A stretch of 64,000 nucleotides of DNA from Styela clava (GCF_964204865.1 NC_135255.1:13702001-13766000); one strand, 5' to 3'. Positions 25,101 to 39,865 are shown, counted from the stretch's first letter. Numbers and translations are program-made. Notes: generated by a model from the sequence alone, not told the origin.

Positions 25101-26939
25101 GGCATATTGAGAGTTACGGTAAGTGAATGATACCAAGTCTTCTAGAATTTAGAGACTGTTTTCATATTCCTATGATTTTTGAAGCTGATCTAGTTTTCTA
25201 TATTCAGGCGATAATGATGAGCATGTGTATAAAAGATATGGTTGATGAATTACTCAGAAAAAGAAAAGGAGGGAGAATTAAAAAGGTATGAATTTGTATG
25301 ATTTCAGGTACATTTTCCCCCTTCTTTCCCCACATTCTATCATTAGCCTATACTTGGCATTATACGGAAGGTAACACTAATTCACTTCCTCGAAAGATAT
25401 GCTACATTTTTCTATTCCATACCTGCTCCAAACAAACAATGCATGACTACCATTGACCTCCCTGTTTGCTGTCTTTATTTTATTATTTTTAATGCGTTTG
25501 TGAGTGATGTAGTAATCACTTGATGATTAATCGAGGGTCATATCGAAGATTTTTGATATATTATGCATCCGGTACGATGAACAAAAAGCCAGCAACCTAT
25601 TCAGCTAGAGATAAAAACATATGAACTCTGTAGTTTTTATTGTGATCCTCGGAAATGAAAACTATCAATGTTAATGCGCTTTAACTTAGTCACTCAATTT
25701 AATAATGTTGTCGACAAAGTCATCAGTCAATAACCAAACTTATTCATCATTTTTATTATATCATTTTGCAGCCTTCTGACAGATCAAAGAGCAAAATTCG
25801 ATTCAAACCTCGAGATAAAAGCACTGAAGCATTGTTTGGTCCAGAGGTGAAATCTATTTTTTCTTGATTTGATTATAATGTATTGTATAGCCTACTATTC
25901 TAAAATTGTTTATTTTGAAATGGTTATTTCAGATAAGTGAAACCAGAGATTCGACAACAAAGAAAATATCGGTAGGTTGATTTCATTTTTTTAACAAGCA
26001 AACATGCAGTGATGTTAAATGTGTTTCATTATTCTGCACTGGTTTGCAAGAACCAGAATTAATTTGGCAAGTTTATGTCCCGAACAAACCTGTACCTGTT
26101 TCGTGAAATTTATCGTAAAATTTAGCAACTTAATCCAATCTCCATCCTTCACACCTGAACCTAGGACATGTACTTGCCATAAACTGACTATTTTACATAT
26201 TGTCGTTGTACCGTATCTTCTGCCCTGTGTATTGTACTGGAGTTTTATTTGTATAGCCTATTTCATGTATATTGTCCTAATATAACGCAGCAGTCCTAAA
26301 CTGCTGTTATACTTGTTAGGGGTTCATGTCACACATCTGTGTCCTAGGCCAGTAAGGTCTTGATCATGTATCCCGTCTCTTTTACACTGTTTAATTATTA
26401 TGCAGATACTGGTACATTTGAGGCAAACAAACATACATACATGTGAAATAATGAACACTGGTCAGTGGTCAGCACTTGCACCCAATACCTCCAGCCCCCA
26501 AAGTCAACTTTTTAAACAATCCTCTGTCCAAGTGTCTCATCAATTGTCGGTCTAATAAAGATGACCTATCAAGCCATGCTTTCCACAGAATTATATTGAC
26601 TTTCAAAAAAATTGTTGGCAAGGCCTTTCTAAATCATATGTGTATATTTAAGGTTATCTGTCCATATCTCTGCAGTGCACTATCGTAATTTTATATCCTT
26701 GTACCGTTTGAACATCCGTCTCGTTATTTGCCCTAAAAATTAACATTTCTCTTCTGGGTATCTTCGCTTCTTTATCCCAATTTCCAACCTCCAACGTTGT
26801 TTTTTGTATTTCTCAACAGGAAAAAATATCTTCAGTCAAATCCTCGACAGGCAATTCAAATTCAAGCTCAAAAGACGACATATCACCGTTTTTATCAAAC
26901 AGCTCAGCTTTTGAAGGAATAGGAGATGATGATTTATGA
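16129..26939 (+). CDS. SNX17: Sorting nexin-17 (PX-FERM), 15 exons: 16129-16188, 16831-16905, 17179-17296, 18260-18324, 18929-19039, 19342-19432, 20159-20319, 20773-20865, 23786-23910, 24377-24443, 24547-24684, 25208-25285, 25772-25846, 25933-25971, 26820-26939
   Basis: MHFSIPDT start, AFNIHINGVLHCTLRYSQL, FPPKKVFSL...ERRVQLEKYIQ (PX), VRKLQDFESPYIS, IRKAYWD, TLRHYGY, VTRIRCWR, LSFEYL, AIMMSMCIKDMVDEL and the C-terminal AFEGIGDDDL* (Retriever-binding tail). Exon phases are consistent. Confidence 0.95.
17711..18211. mobile_element. 501-bp non-autonomous hAT-like element in SNX17 intron 3
   Basis: TIRs tagggttaccata and tatggtaagccta, perfect 8-bp TSD taaatatg (17703-17710, 18212-18219), and subterminal gggac motifs. 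Confidence 0.88.
24737..24921. mobile_element. MITE of the same family as 10211-10320, with ggttagggttagg / cctaaccctaacc arms
   Basis: ggtactcc...accgagatggcg...gtgtaccaggttagggttagg...ggcctaaccctaacctgg. Shares accgagatggcg and gtgtaccaggttagggtt with the GBA-intron element. No clean TSD. Confidence 0.7.
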
Positions 26940-29900
26940 TTTAATAAAATCATAGTAGCAAATTTTCCACAATATGTTCAGTATTCTAAAAGCTGTTACA
27001 ACGATCACAGTCCAAGAAATGCTCAAATCTAGTGTAATGGTTATTTCTTCAAAAATAATCAAGTCATATCAATTACCGTAGGTGCTTCTTCCTCCTCCGT
27101 TATGCCATACTTCACACAAATAATAGTTTAGAATTGGAAAATCAGACCAACAAAATACTAACAACTCAATCCTGTTTTTTCATCATAATTCCAAAATATA
27201 GTATATATTATATTCATTGTCAAGTCATCTATTCCGCTTTTTATTTTTATTTTGCTGAAAATTTACTCATTTTATTACTTGTTTGAGTGTGTAGAGAGCA
27301 AAGCTTGTTATTATTTAGGTTTCAGCTTTTCTATTTTACATAGTGCAAAGTTGAGAGCTCTTTCTGCTCAGGTGCTCGAATCACTCGGTTTCCATAGAGG
27401 TCAATTTGACATATTGAAATTACCAGTTGGTTCCAGTAATAACCAACTCATTGATCAATCAAATTATATTCACTCCATTACCATATATGTGATCAATACT
27501 TATACGTTCAGAACATTGACTGCATTGTTCTTTTTCTTAGTGCCTGGGTATATCGTATATACACTATGCATTTCTGTAACATCTACCTTTTTGGCCTTAG
27601 GTGCAGACATCACGAGACTAATAAGTCAAGGTGTTTGTTTCTTATCATACAACGAAAAGTAGCAAACAAAAATCCATATTGAAAAAAATGCTATCCGATG
27701 CATTCAGTTATATGAAAATTGAAAACAATGTCTTATTCCAACTGTATTTTTGAGTGACATAGTGACAATCTATTATTTATTGCCTTTGAAATATGCTCCC
27801 ATCGGGGTTGAAATTCAAATATCGCTTTCTTATGTAAAAATGTATGATAAAACTCTTATCGCGAAATTCGTAGTCGCTCTTGATATTTATTGATCTGTTT
27901 GTATCCATGTAGACATCCTCATAAAAGTGTCTTGTATGTTATGCAGAGCATTTATGATTACATAACCGATGCCTTTTATTGCTAATATATGAATATACCT
28001 GTAATGCTTTTGGTTGCCAATTCTTCATTGATTACTAATGAATATCTCTCATTTTGGACAAAATATGTGTTACTTCTCATTTTTGATTGATAAACAGTAT
28101 TTTTGCAGAAAAGTTGGAAAAAAAATTGCCAATTTTCCCATTTTCTTATTAGGATATATTATTCTGTCCATGAAATTATATAAGTTGTACTTCATGCAAC
28201 AGAAAATACTTGAATATGAAAATGGAATAATAACAAAGAGCAAACCTCGTTTAGAAATAATTATACTTTATGAACACCAGGGAATTTTAAAGCTTTTCAC
28301 TTTTCAGTATTATCTCAAAATTTGGATGAATTTTTTCACCCAGTGTAACCCCCCTATTTTTACTAACCCGTATAGACGTCACCAAGTGCAATTACTTTGC
28401 TATAAATTTTCATAACATATTCTATCATTCAGTTATCAACCATGCTTTAAAAACATTGTGATGTTGATTATGAACATTGAAATGCTCAATCCGTCTTCCA
28501 AGTGCCTATTACGAGTTTTTTTTTTTTAATTTTATTGATAATATATTTTAATCACTGATTCCGTAATAAAATTTTGTTAAAAATTATACACCACAAAAGT
28601 ATTTTCATACAAATTTGAATAGAAAATATTTTTGTTTAAATGTATTTTACGCAATTTTTTATAGTGTTATGCCCTGGCAACCCTGGCCGTTACTAAACCA
28701 GGCTTTGATCTACGTAAAATCACATAGCGTTCATACATGGACTTATATTTATGTTATTATTTACTTCACTCGAATGATCAACTTTTGCGATCATTGAAAT
28801 ATATACGAAATTAAACTTGGCTTTGGTTTCATATCCGTCGACATTGAGAAGTTGGGCACCTGCTGAAATAGGGTAAATTATTATATGTATTATGTTCTCG
28901 TAAAATTGTTTACTCGACCTAGAAATGCATATTTGCGTAAAATTTATGTATATGCGGAAGTTTTGGAAATTACTAATAATATGTGTTAATTGGAGGAAGA
29001 AGCTGAAAGCTCTTTGTATAATGAGTGACTAATGAGAAATTAATAAACTCCCGAGGTGTCTCAGCCTGAGTATTCAACTTCAATGGTGTTAGGGGTGCTT
29101 GGGGCGAAGCTGATATGTAGCCCATGGTCACGTAACCAGAGACGATACAACAGACAGCTATACAAGTATCATACGCGAACATTATACATCAAGTGACTTG
29201 AAATTTCGGAGCTACTACTAATCCTTCGTTAACACGACACGCATCTTCAAGGCGTTAAAATATTTTCTCCTGGCATATGAATAAATTTCAACAAGATCGT
29301 TCAGACTATCGGACCATGCTAATCATGGAGGGCGCTGTTTGTTCACCAAACGCACCTATTATTTATCAGTACTCTTCGGTTGGATTCCTTAAGGGTTGTA
29401 TTATCATAATCTTCCAAGTGTTCATCTGATCTTTAGTAGGATCGAGACCTTAGCGGGAATGACTGGAGCACTTCGGCTGATCTTTCTCTGTGGGATTTTA
29501 TTACGCGTAATAATCAGGTGGGCTCTGTCGTGTTCATTTCATAGAACGCTCTTTAAAGATTATTTTACGATTGCGTGAACATTTATGATTTCTCGGTGAT
29601 AAATACAATGAGTGTGCGGCAAGAATGCACAAAACTTGAAAATTTTTCGTTTTTGAATATATATATATATACGATTTTAGCGTTTCATCGAACTATTTTA
29701 TGAAGAAATCTTAAATTGTCAAGATCTACAGCTACATCTCTGCGCTTATCTTTTAAAACTGAATATATGAAAAAGTTGTTGAAATCAACAATCGATACCT
29801 GCTAATTTTCCGCCCATACCGATTGAGATATTAATTCGATGAAACCACCCAAATTACAGAGCAATATCAAGAATTTCCAGATGCTTTTCAGTTATACAAC

Positions 29901-32900
29901 TATGAAAACACACTCGAGACATATATATATATCAATATCGAAATTTTTATTGAATCACTAATACATTTTGCATTAGAAATAGAAAAATTGGAATTTCAAA
30001 ATAAATTAAAATTCAATTTTAGGACTCCTTCAGAAGTTTCAAATTCATGACGTTAGGTATGGAAGCCTTTTGATGTCAACATATTCCCATATTTTATCTC
30101 CGTTTGATGGAAGTTATTCGCAAGCATATCTGCATGACAGCTCAAACATATCAATGACAATCGCGGTTCCATTGTTCTGCGTTGTTTTATCAGCGTGATT
30201 GTTAACACCTTGAATGTTTTCGCTGCGTGCGTGACTGGAACCGACATGCGTAGGATTGAACGTGGATGAGAAATCATATCACGCACGCACGTTCACTATT
30301 ATTGGTCTTATCTTCAACAGACAAACAATGTTATTCTTAATGGAAATTATTCAATAAATCACTCAAAATCGGGCAAAATAACGCAAAACTCATATATTTA
30401 CATTGAATTCTATTATGTACCCCACGAAAAGTTACCGTCCACATGTCAAATGCTTTTATGCAACTCAAAATAATCACATATTTCAGAAATATCACATGAA
30501 TTAATCTATGTGTAATTTGTTCTCTCAGTTGATAGGGCATCCATTCGCATTTATTATATATATCTGAAAATGACAGTAAATGTGTTCAATAAAATTACCC
30601 CAGCATTTCTCTTGCATTTCCAACAGCTGGTCTGAATATGTATACTCAATATGTCAACTGCAGATACGGTGAAATTAAATAGAATGCCTTTCATGGAAAA
30701 TAAAGATTGTACCACGGATTGCATAATACAAAATTGAGCTACGTATTATACATAATAGTAATGTGGTTTTCGTACACAAAAATCGATTCACAATAATACT
30801 AAATTCTCTAACTAAATAGGATGTAGTACGAAAGTTAAATACTCGCAGAATGTCGGCCCTGTACGTTTTGTGCCAATTTCTGCCTCTAATTGGATCCTTC
30901 ATAATTACCATTCCTCCACATTTAACACCTTAGACGTGTCACAGAACGGCAACTAACTCTCTGGCTCTAAACTAGTCGGTGGCTATAGGACCTCCTTCAA
31001 CTATATGTTGCTTACTAGTACTATCCTAATAGTATGTAATGTATATATCAATTTATGAGAAACACTTCAAAACTATGGAATTATTTAACTTTAAATATTC
31101 CACTGTACTGATTCGCTAAAACACTGGTTTAAGTTCTTTAAAAAAGTAGCTATTGGACAACTGTTTATAAACCTTCCAAATTAGGGGATCATATTGTAAT
31201 AACAGCTAGACCTAGTTATAATGTTACTGCGTCTCTTATATTTCACGTAGGCCTACATACAATCTTTCTAAATCTAGATTCTAGAACATCCATCTTTTAC
31301 TTTAATAATTGTAGAACACACTTTCGGCATTGTCTAACTGGTTGTAGTATCTATCAGCTAAAACTAATGACAAAATCTTTGAAATTGCTTAATTTTATCT
31401 TATTCACAAATACGCATTTGTTATTGGAAGGTTTTCTCATTTTTTCTATGTTTTAAAAATTACTGCGTACCTGTACAACACCAGACTATGTTTGTAAACT
31501 TAAGGTAAAAGCAAATTTAAACACAGACTTGGTTACAATGGCAGGTTCAGCAGAGTTTACGTCTGAAAACCCGAATAAACATAGTCCATTGTTTATCTAT
31601 GCGGGAGACCTGTTTTGCCGTAGACCTGTAACCAAACAAAAGTGTTTTAGTAGTTGAACAAACGGCTCACAAAAACAAATAAACGATTTCTGTACAGTCA
31701 CGAGTCGATATTTATTTATTTATAGATATAAATGTAAATACGCGGACATGTTGACTGCACCTTGCTACAGATCGAAAAATAATATAATATAATATGATAT
31801 AATGTGCTAATGTCATATTTGTTATTACCAGTTTAAAGTAGGTCAGTCAAGGCCTAAGCTAAAGCCAATTATAATAAAGCAGATTAATACGCAGAAAAGT
31901 TTGATTTAGTTCTTATACTATTTGAGTTGTAGTCTAGGTAAATTAGGTACTGACCTGTATTTAATCAAATGTAATATATATTAGTATTTGGATTTCGACT
32001 TACGACTCGAGAGATATTGGGATATACAACCGAAATGCATTCAGACCACTTGTGTATAATTAATTTTTGAATTTACCCAGGTACGTTGAATTGCTTCGAG
32101 CAAACAGTATTAGCTAGAGATGAAATTCGGTGCATTTTACTATTTATTGTCAATAGCTTTTGTTTTACTTGAATAGGTTCGCTTGAAATACAATTATAAC
32201 TCCACGCTTTGTTGACAATTTTTGTTTTCCATTTGCTCAAATTTGAGTAAATTGTTACTAATTCTGTGCTATGATTTACTAATCAATAGACGTCCGCTGA
32301 ACTATCTTATCATACTAACATCGAATCTTTTTTTATCTAAATTAACTTTAACTGGAAGGAAAGCGGCAATCAACTGTATAACATTACATGATAACGTATA
32401 ATGACATGCCTAGCATTAGATACCCTATCTCAAACATCCTAATTAAAATATTTCAATATCAGTTTATGATTAGATGCGATTTTACGTGAGCGATATTTTT
32501 AACCATTAATGTAAATAGCACCTATGTGTGAAATATTGTTCAAATAATTTTACGAGGTTGTTTCTCATTTATTTAATTATTTGTTGATATCATAGAATAT
32601 TTTAATCATATTGATAGCCTTACACAACAAGCCTGAAACATATATGGCATGTTCTTATGTTTGATAAGAAACAGGGGCACACACATGGCCAGTTTAATTT
32701 GAAAATTGGAAGTACAATTTAGTAAATATATCAGCGACATGTTAAAATATAACAGTCGCTAAACTTTGATTAGCACTTTATAAACAATATAAGAGGTGTT
32801 TGTTTTCTCACAGAAATGAGGGCGATAATACGAAAGGTGTCATTTTACCAAATTAGCGCGCTTTCTGGATTAAATTTGCTATCGATTTACCTCTTCGGAC

Positions 32901-34914
32901 AATTAACAATAATGTATTTGGAGGACCAGAATTTACTTTTCAATTTCTAATATAGTCAATTAAGTTAAGACGAAATCATGACTGGCCACGGCGTATTAAC
33001 CAAAATGGTTACCGGCGCCACATTCTCATCTATCGCCCAAACTTGTTCAACTCTAAGGTAATTTACGTTGACGATAGGGAATGGGAATATTACCTGTAAG
33101 AAATTACGTATTCTGTTTCAAGTGGGATTTTGGAATTACCCTGCTTTTCTAAGTACTGTAATTGTTTCAGAATTACTATATGTTGTAATAAGCAAGGATT
33201 ACTTCTTTTTAATTTTATGTGAATAAAGGGGCGTTGGAGTAAAATGAGTTGGTCGATTTCTGCTCCGGTGGGATTATAACACCGGTCAATTATCTTTACA
33301 GATAGGTTATTGTGATTATTGTATTGCATATTAAACGACCTTGATGTTGCGCATGACATATCGCCCATTTCCTTTGATTGCAACATTAAAGGCGAATGAA
33401 TATACGATAATCTCAGCATCAGATTGCATGTGGATGGCATATTCATGCTTATACTCCGGAAATTGGTCCACCTTGTCCGCTTGCTTCCGCTGCAATATGC
33501 GATTTGCATTAAACGATATTGTTGCGATATTACCGCCATTTGATCGTACCGCGGTTCATGGATTAGTCTCCACTGCAGTGGAACGTTTAGTCTCCACCCT
33601 TGGGTAGCGACGTGCTATAATCCCGCGGTCGGAATTTTAACACCGCGGTAAAGGTACAGAAACCGTCAGGTATGAACAGATGAATTTTATGAAATGTCAC
33701 ATTGCTATATCCACAAATCCGCCAATTACACCCGTCTGGCTGCGAAAATGAATCATCGTTTTTATTTGAGTGTTAAATTTTCCTTTTATGGAAATCACGT
33801 TGTAATTACGTCATTGAATATTCCACCCGCGTAGTAAGGTTCATACCGGGTGTTCCCAGTTTTGTGTTATTCTCAACTTGCTTGCCTACCGAGATAAAAA
33901 CTTTAAGCATGGACTATTCGAGTTTCGCGAAATATATTATTCCAGGGTAGGGAATTTTACTAGCCATGCTCAAGAGCCCTCGAATTAACTCTGTCATACA
34001 AGGTTACGGAAACCTAAAAGTTTGATTATTTCAATTTGGAACATCAATCGAAAGGTTATTTCCGCACTTATTCCAACTATAGTACCGAAATATCTTTTGA
34101 TAATATCGCTATTAGTTACATCAATGTAATCCCGGACCTTCATTGAAAGCACATTAAAGATAACATCACCGATCGGTAAACAGGGTTTGTTTGCGCATGC
34201 ACCCTATCGGCCAGACCAATAAAAATATATCAAGAACCTGTTCCTGTACGCATGGCCCAACGGAGATATGTCTTGTAGCAAGTTATCTTATGTTATTTTA
34301 AGAAATCGTCCTTTTAGTATTTATTAGCAGGTATAATGTAGTTAAATTATATTCACTGTGGTCCGTTGAGTGACAAGTTATACCCTCTCATAGCTCAATT
34401 GTAATGAGTTCATTAAGTTAGGAAGTTCGTTGAATATATTAGATAGTAATAATTACATTAGCAAAAGATATATACTGTATAGAATTGCAAAGGAGTGATA
34501 TGAATTTTGTATAATGAAAATTGATAAGGTTTGACTTCCTACAAGAATTTGGTTTATGCGTACAATGACACAAATTTGCAAAATTAGAGTTGCATATCCG
34601 ACAATGATACAATCTATTTAGTGATAGATTGTACCTGCTCATTAGCAAGTGCACGAGCCATGAAGTCTGATCGAAGCATAATTTAAGAACAATAAAGGCT
34701 AAAGACTCGTGTCTTCAGTTAATTAAGGGGCACATATTGAATAAAATATGTTGCTTTAAAAATACAGGAAGCACAGCAAAACTATTGAGATAGTGTCGCG
34801 CTGCGGGAAACGTAGCGATAACGAACAGACGTTCGCCTTGCCTCATTATGCGACGCTAAGTTACAAAGCGCCAGAGGGAAAAAAGCATCGATATAATGGT
34901 TAATGAAAGAATTA

Positions 34915-35110
34915 ATGACGTCGCGTTTTTCTTTCTCTCGTTTTGCGTCATATGACGAGTGATATGATTGGTTGAGAGCGTTAGACTCCCGCCATTCTAC
35001 ACGCCGTGCACGCGGCGCGATTGTTCAAATGGTGTTCACGCTTATTCCAGTCGACTAGCGGCATGTTTTCATGGGTTTATTACGTGTTGGTGACGTCAGA
35101 TTCAATCATT
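34915..35110 (+). promoter_or_regulatory. Probable Wee1 promoter with cell-cycle elements
   Basis: CpG-rich island about 600-750 bp upstream of the ATG. Contains a reverse CCAAT (gattggtt ~34966), E2F-like ctcccgcc (~34986), GGCGCG-attg-TTCAAA (CDE/CHR-like, 35014-35029) and a CRE TGACGTCA (35091-35098). Confidence 0.55.
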
Positions 35111-35690
35111 CGTGCTAAAATGACGTATGGTGTCACATTGTACATTACTTAGATCAGAGGAATGTTGCTAACAGTTTATGAAGATTAGAATTATGAGACA
35201 AAAAGACCAGTCCTAGCGTATAATTTAAAATCAAATCAAGCAGTTTTCAGATACCACAACCGTCGACTCTAACGGCCAGGTTTTCGTACATTCTGGATTA
35301 TTAAAATGTACAGATAGGACGGGCTCAGTGAAAACTAGCCTACAGTTTTATGAGAATGGGTTGCGGTATTAATATGAAAACACAATCGTCTGAAATATAG
35401 TCCAGTAGCCAGTGTCTATAGTAACGGTACCGTACAACTTTGACTTACGGACTTCAGGACTTATCTCTTTATCATATACTTTTGATAAAGTTTTAAATAA
35501 GGTGATATCTAAATGTACATCAATATATTTCAGTTTAATAATGTTTATTTATATTGTTTAGATCTTATATTACCGTGATATCAGTAAAATCAACTCTTGC
35601 GTTACATTTGAACTTTACACACTCTGAGACAAGGGCAAAAGAATCAAATATCATCGGAATTACTTGCATCGGATTTATAGAACTGCCGTT

Positions 35691-38456
35691 ATGTCTTTTG
35701 CACTGCCATGTGCCAGTCCATCAAAGGATTTACCTGGATCAAATAGTATCAGAATGGCATTGGATTTTAGTGATGATGGATTCATGGATGACGATTCAGG
35801 TAATTTGCTATTTCCATATTAGTAGACCAGATTTATTGCAAATAACTCTGTATTCAGGTATTTCATAAAAAGCAATTCATTGATCTGTTTGGGAATTTTT
35901 TGTTAGTTAGGCCTAACGTTATTACCTACGGTACGGTATTCATGTCACAGCAGCTCAGTTCTGCTGTCCACTTTTCAATAATTGGCTATATGATATTACC
36001 TCATTGACTAACCCCACGCTTTTTTATTAGGTATGCAATTGTCTTTGACACCATCACCTGACTCAATGAAAAATAGCCGCTCAAGAATCAGTTCACCTTC
36101 CCCAGCAAAACGTTCTCTTTTCTCTCCTCCTAAATCTAAAGTTAGTCGTTGTGAAGGAACACCAATCAGCTCAACAACACATTCTCGAGTTTTACGAAGA
36201 ATGTTACACAATAATAATGAAGATGATTTGAGGAAAATTTGTGCTTTGAATGCCATGGAATCAGCCTCTGAAGATGAAGAATTTCATTCACCAGCTTTGA
36301 GAAAGCTTCCATTTTCAAGTTATTGCGATCGTAGAGATTCTGGAAATGTTTCATACGATGAAAATACACCAGCGAGTTCATCCAGCATTCGCACATCAAA
36401 TGTTCTAGAATTTAACTCTTGTAGTAGTGGTGATGATAACAGTGACAGCAGTTTCTCTTCTCCAACCAGACCCAGCAGCAAGCCGCTATGTATTCCATCA
36501 CCAAAACAATCACCAGCATCATCATCGGGCGTTTCTGGTTGCTCACCAGGTCGGTCACCTCCAGACACTCCACCACACACAAGAAAACTTCGAGAGCTCA
36601 CACTCTTTGATTCTCCTTCCACACCAAAAACTCTTTTACGCAAAATGCGTTCCCGAAAACCAGCTTTACCTAAACCAATAGAATTTTCTTATTCTGAAAA
36701 CTGTCCCACACCAGTTCCACCACCAAGTCCAACCAGTGCTTTCAAGTCGAGAAGTCGTCTTCGTATGTTGCGAATGGATGCCGCACATTCAACACCCTCA
36801 ATGCCAAGAACTTTTAGAATAAGCGCAGATGGAACAGACACAACAGATGAAGAATGTGAGATAATTCGGGGTTCAAAGAGCTTACCCAGGTTTAACAAGT
36901 TCAAAGAACCCACTACTCCATCTGTAAATGTGAACCCATTTACACCCGATAACAGACCAAAAAATTCAAAACGTTCAAGAACTGGAAAACAAAGGAAACA
37001 TTCTTTTTGTTTGGATGACATAGATGAGGAAGATGAAATGAGGCCTGCCAAGGTAAATAGAACATTTTTTCTGTATTTTATATTCATCATGAGTCTCCAG
37101 AGTTTAAATAGTTATGTCTAATTGTTGCTGGTACTTTTCCATTCCTAAATTGACTTTTTCTATTTTCAGAGAATTCATTTACGTGAAAACAACATCTCTC
37201 GTTACCAACAAGAATTTCACGAAATTGGAAAAATTGGAGATGGCGAGTTTGGTTCCGTTTTTAAATGTGTCAATCGTCTTGATGGGTGTGTTTACGCAGT
37301 AAAAAGATCAAAGAAACCTCTTGCTGGATCTGTTGACGAGTAAGTTCATCAATGATATTAAAACATCGTATTAGTTTATCTTTTGGTTTACTTTATTAAA
37401 CATTTGAATTAACTCGAGCAAATACCATACACTGAGATCTTTTAATTTTGCAATTGCTAACCTTGTGTTTTTTTTACTTGCAGAGCAAATGCTATTCGTG
37501 AAGTCTGCGCTCATGCTGTCCTTGGAAAACACAGACACGTTGTTCGTTATTATTCAGCTTGGGCAGAAAATGATCATATGCTCATTCAAAATGAATATTG
37601 TAATGGCGGAAGCCTGGCTGATGTAGCAGCAAAGAATCAACAAGAAGGCGAAAAATTCTCTGAAGAAGAAGCAAAAAATCTTTTGCTGCAAGTTTCTAAA
37701 GGACTTAAATATATACATTCACAAAATTTGGTTCATATGGACATTAAACCAGGAAATATCTTCATTTGTAATGAAAAGCAGAATATTTCACTGGACTCTC
37801 ATCAGAGTGAATTAGATAGCGAAGACGAAGAAGAAAAGGTGACAACAACCAAGGAATGCTCTGTTTATAAAATCGGAGATCTTGGTCATGTTACTTCAAT
37901 TGAAGACCCACAAGTTGAAGAAGGCGATTGTCGTTACCTGGCTAATGAAGTTCTCCAGGAAGAATATTCACATTTACAGAAAGCTGATGTCTTTGCACTT
38001 GGTGTTGCTGTTCATGAACTTGCTAGTGGAAGAACGCCTCCCAAAAATGGCAGTTCATGGCACAAAATTCGTAACCAAGGCCTCGAGACACTCACTCACT
38101 GCTCAGATGAGTTCAATAAACTTTTGCAAAGCATGGTTCACCCCATCGTTGCTCATAGACCAACCGCAGCAAGCCTCACACAACACCCTCTCCTATGCCC
38201 TGGTTCTTCAAAATCAAAAGACCAATTGAGAAAAGAGCTTAACCAAGAAAAATTCAAAAATGAAATACTCGCAAGAGAGTTGGAGGAAGCAAGACAAAGT
38301 CAGCAAGAATCACAATTTAACAAAACTCCATTTGGAGGCCGAAGGGGAATGTCAACTGGATTACGCAAAAATTTCAGCAGTATGCGAGGCGGAAAAACTA
38401 ATAGACTTTTAGGTAAAAAGACTTGTCGCAGTATGAGCATGACTTCAATTTATTAA
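35691..38456 (+). CDS. WEE1: Wee1-like protein kinase, 4 exons: 35691-35799, 36031-37052, 37170-37339, 37484-38456
   Basis: SP/TP-rich N-terminus with Wee-box-like [14 protein letters not shown] and VNVNPFTPD. Kinase domain has [53 protein letters not shown] and [13 protein letters not shown]-terminal coiled coil and RSMSMTSIY*. Confidence 0.97.
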
Positions 38457-39797
38457 TTTGTTTCCTATTTCAATTAATTATGTTCTTTCATTTCTGCCCT
38501 GCCTAATGTTCTCAAAATTATGTAAATATCCAGTATTGCCTTATTTTTTTCTAAAACTTACGTCCTTTATTTTTGTTTAGTTAATGTTTTACATGTCGCG
38601 CGGTGTGGTAGATCTATTTTTGTTTTGTTTATTTTGTGCAGTTGTGACCACCGCCAGGCGACACTATATTGTTTTTTTGTTTCGTTTCTGTTTTCTTTTT
38701 TTTTAAATACTAAGTTTCATTATTTACTAACAGATAAATGTGTTTTATTTATTTTATACTATCATCATGGTTATGCTGCATGTGCTTTTCCATTTTAGTG
38801 CCTCTAGTAAATGTTTTGCTGCCTATTTGAACTTAATTTGATTTATTTTCATTTCATCTTCATTCATACGATACAATCCTGCCCAATAAAAGTAATAAAA
38901 CCAATCATAAAAAATTGAGGTGACTTTTTTCTTTTATTTTTCCAAATGTTCCTGAACTTTGTTGTAATGAAGTTTTGCATACGAGCTCTACTGTTTTTAG
39001 AGCTTCTGCGCTTCTCCTACTCTCTCATTGTGAATGCCCGAATTTGATGCTCCAATCAAAAACTAGCCAACAAAAATAGCTATTGAATGTGCCTATGATT
39101 AATCATTGACGATTTTTATATCATTGGCACTGATAAAAAAATTTTGATTTTCCGAAATGGTTGAACTAAATCATTGGAAAACGATTTTTATAAACTGATT
39201 TTTTTCAATTATGCTTCCTTGTTGTTTCAAATTAAGCAAAATAACATTTGCAACTTTGCTTAACACAGTGAAAAAAGCGATTTTGTATGAAAATAATGAT
39301 AAATGTGAGTTTTAAGGTAACTTACTGTTTTATCAGGTTATCTAAAAATCTTTTAGCAACAGTTTTATTGAAAATGAAGTTATTTAATAATGCTTTTATT
39401 AACTATCATTTTCGATATATAGGAACAATATTCATGCAATAAAATCAAGTGTTCGGCACTTTCTGAGATTGTTCGTCTTTTATATACTTAGTTATGTGCA
39501 GGTATATTCTTATTAGATCTTTACCCCGCCCGACCTGTCGCTCATGTATATATACGCATATAGCCGTGCATTGATGATGCGCATGACCAGGTCGGCCGGC
39601 TCTGTATGCAATATTTGGCTAATTTGTCCTGCGAGAACACCAAGTAGCGTATTTGACGTAAATTCCACCTGGCGTATATAATACAGAAATGGCATTACCC
39701 CATTTTTCGAAAACAGCCTGTTGCCCTGCCCAAAGGATAATTTTACGCAGATGGACTTCCGAGAGTATTATTTTATAGAGTTAGCTTTTGCTAGAGC

Positions 39798-39865
39798 AGT
39801 GTTTCTTAATCTGAGTTCGACCGAACCTCTGAAGTTCGGTGGGGCTGTACCAGGGGTTCGACGAA
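39798..39865 (+). mobile_element. hAT-type MITE left-end fragment
   Basis: cagtgtttcttaat start with internal gttcg...cgaac inverted motifs. No matching right end identified. Confidence 0.45.

Noticed and set aside
27252-28415. ORFs of 125-136 aa downstream of SNX17
   Set aside because: Composition typical of AT-rich 3'UTR; no domains or splice structure.
32120-32176. Signal-peptide-like MKFGAFYYLLSIAFVLLE
   Set aside because: Ends in an in-frame TAG before any usable donor.
33090-33620. Overlapping ORFs on both strands in a slightly GC-richer patch between SNX17 and Wee1
   Set aside because: No recognisable domain and no phase-consistent splice model. May be a lncRNA or a decayed element.
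36008-37090. Antisense and alternative-frame ORFs over Wee1 exon 2, and similarly 47008-47364 over the acidic protein
   Set aside because: Shadow ORFs of low-complexity real coding exons.
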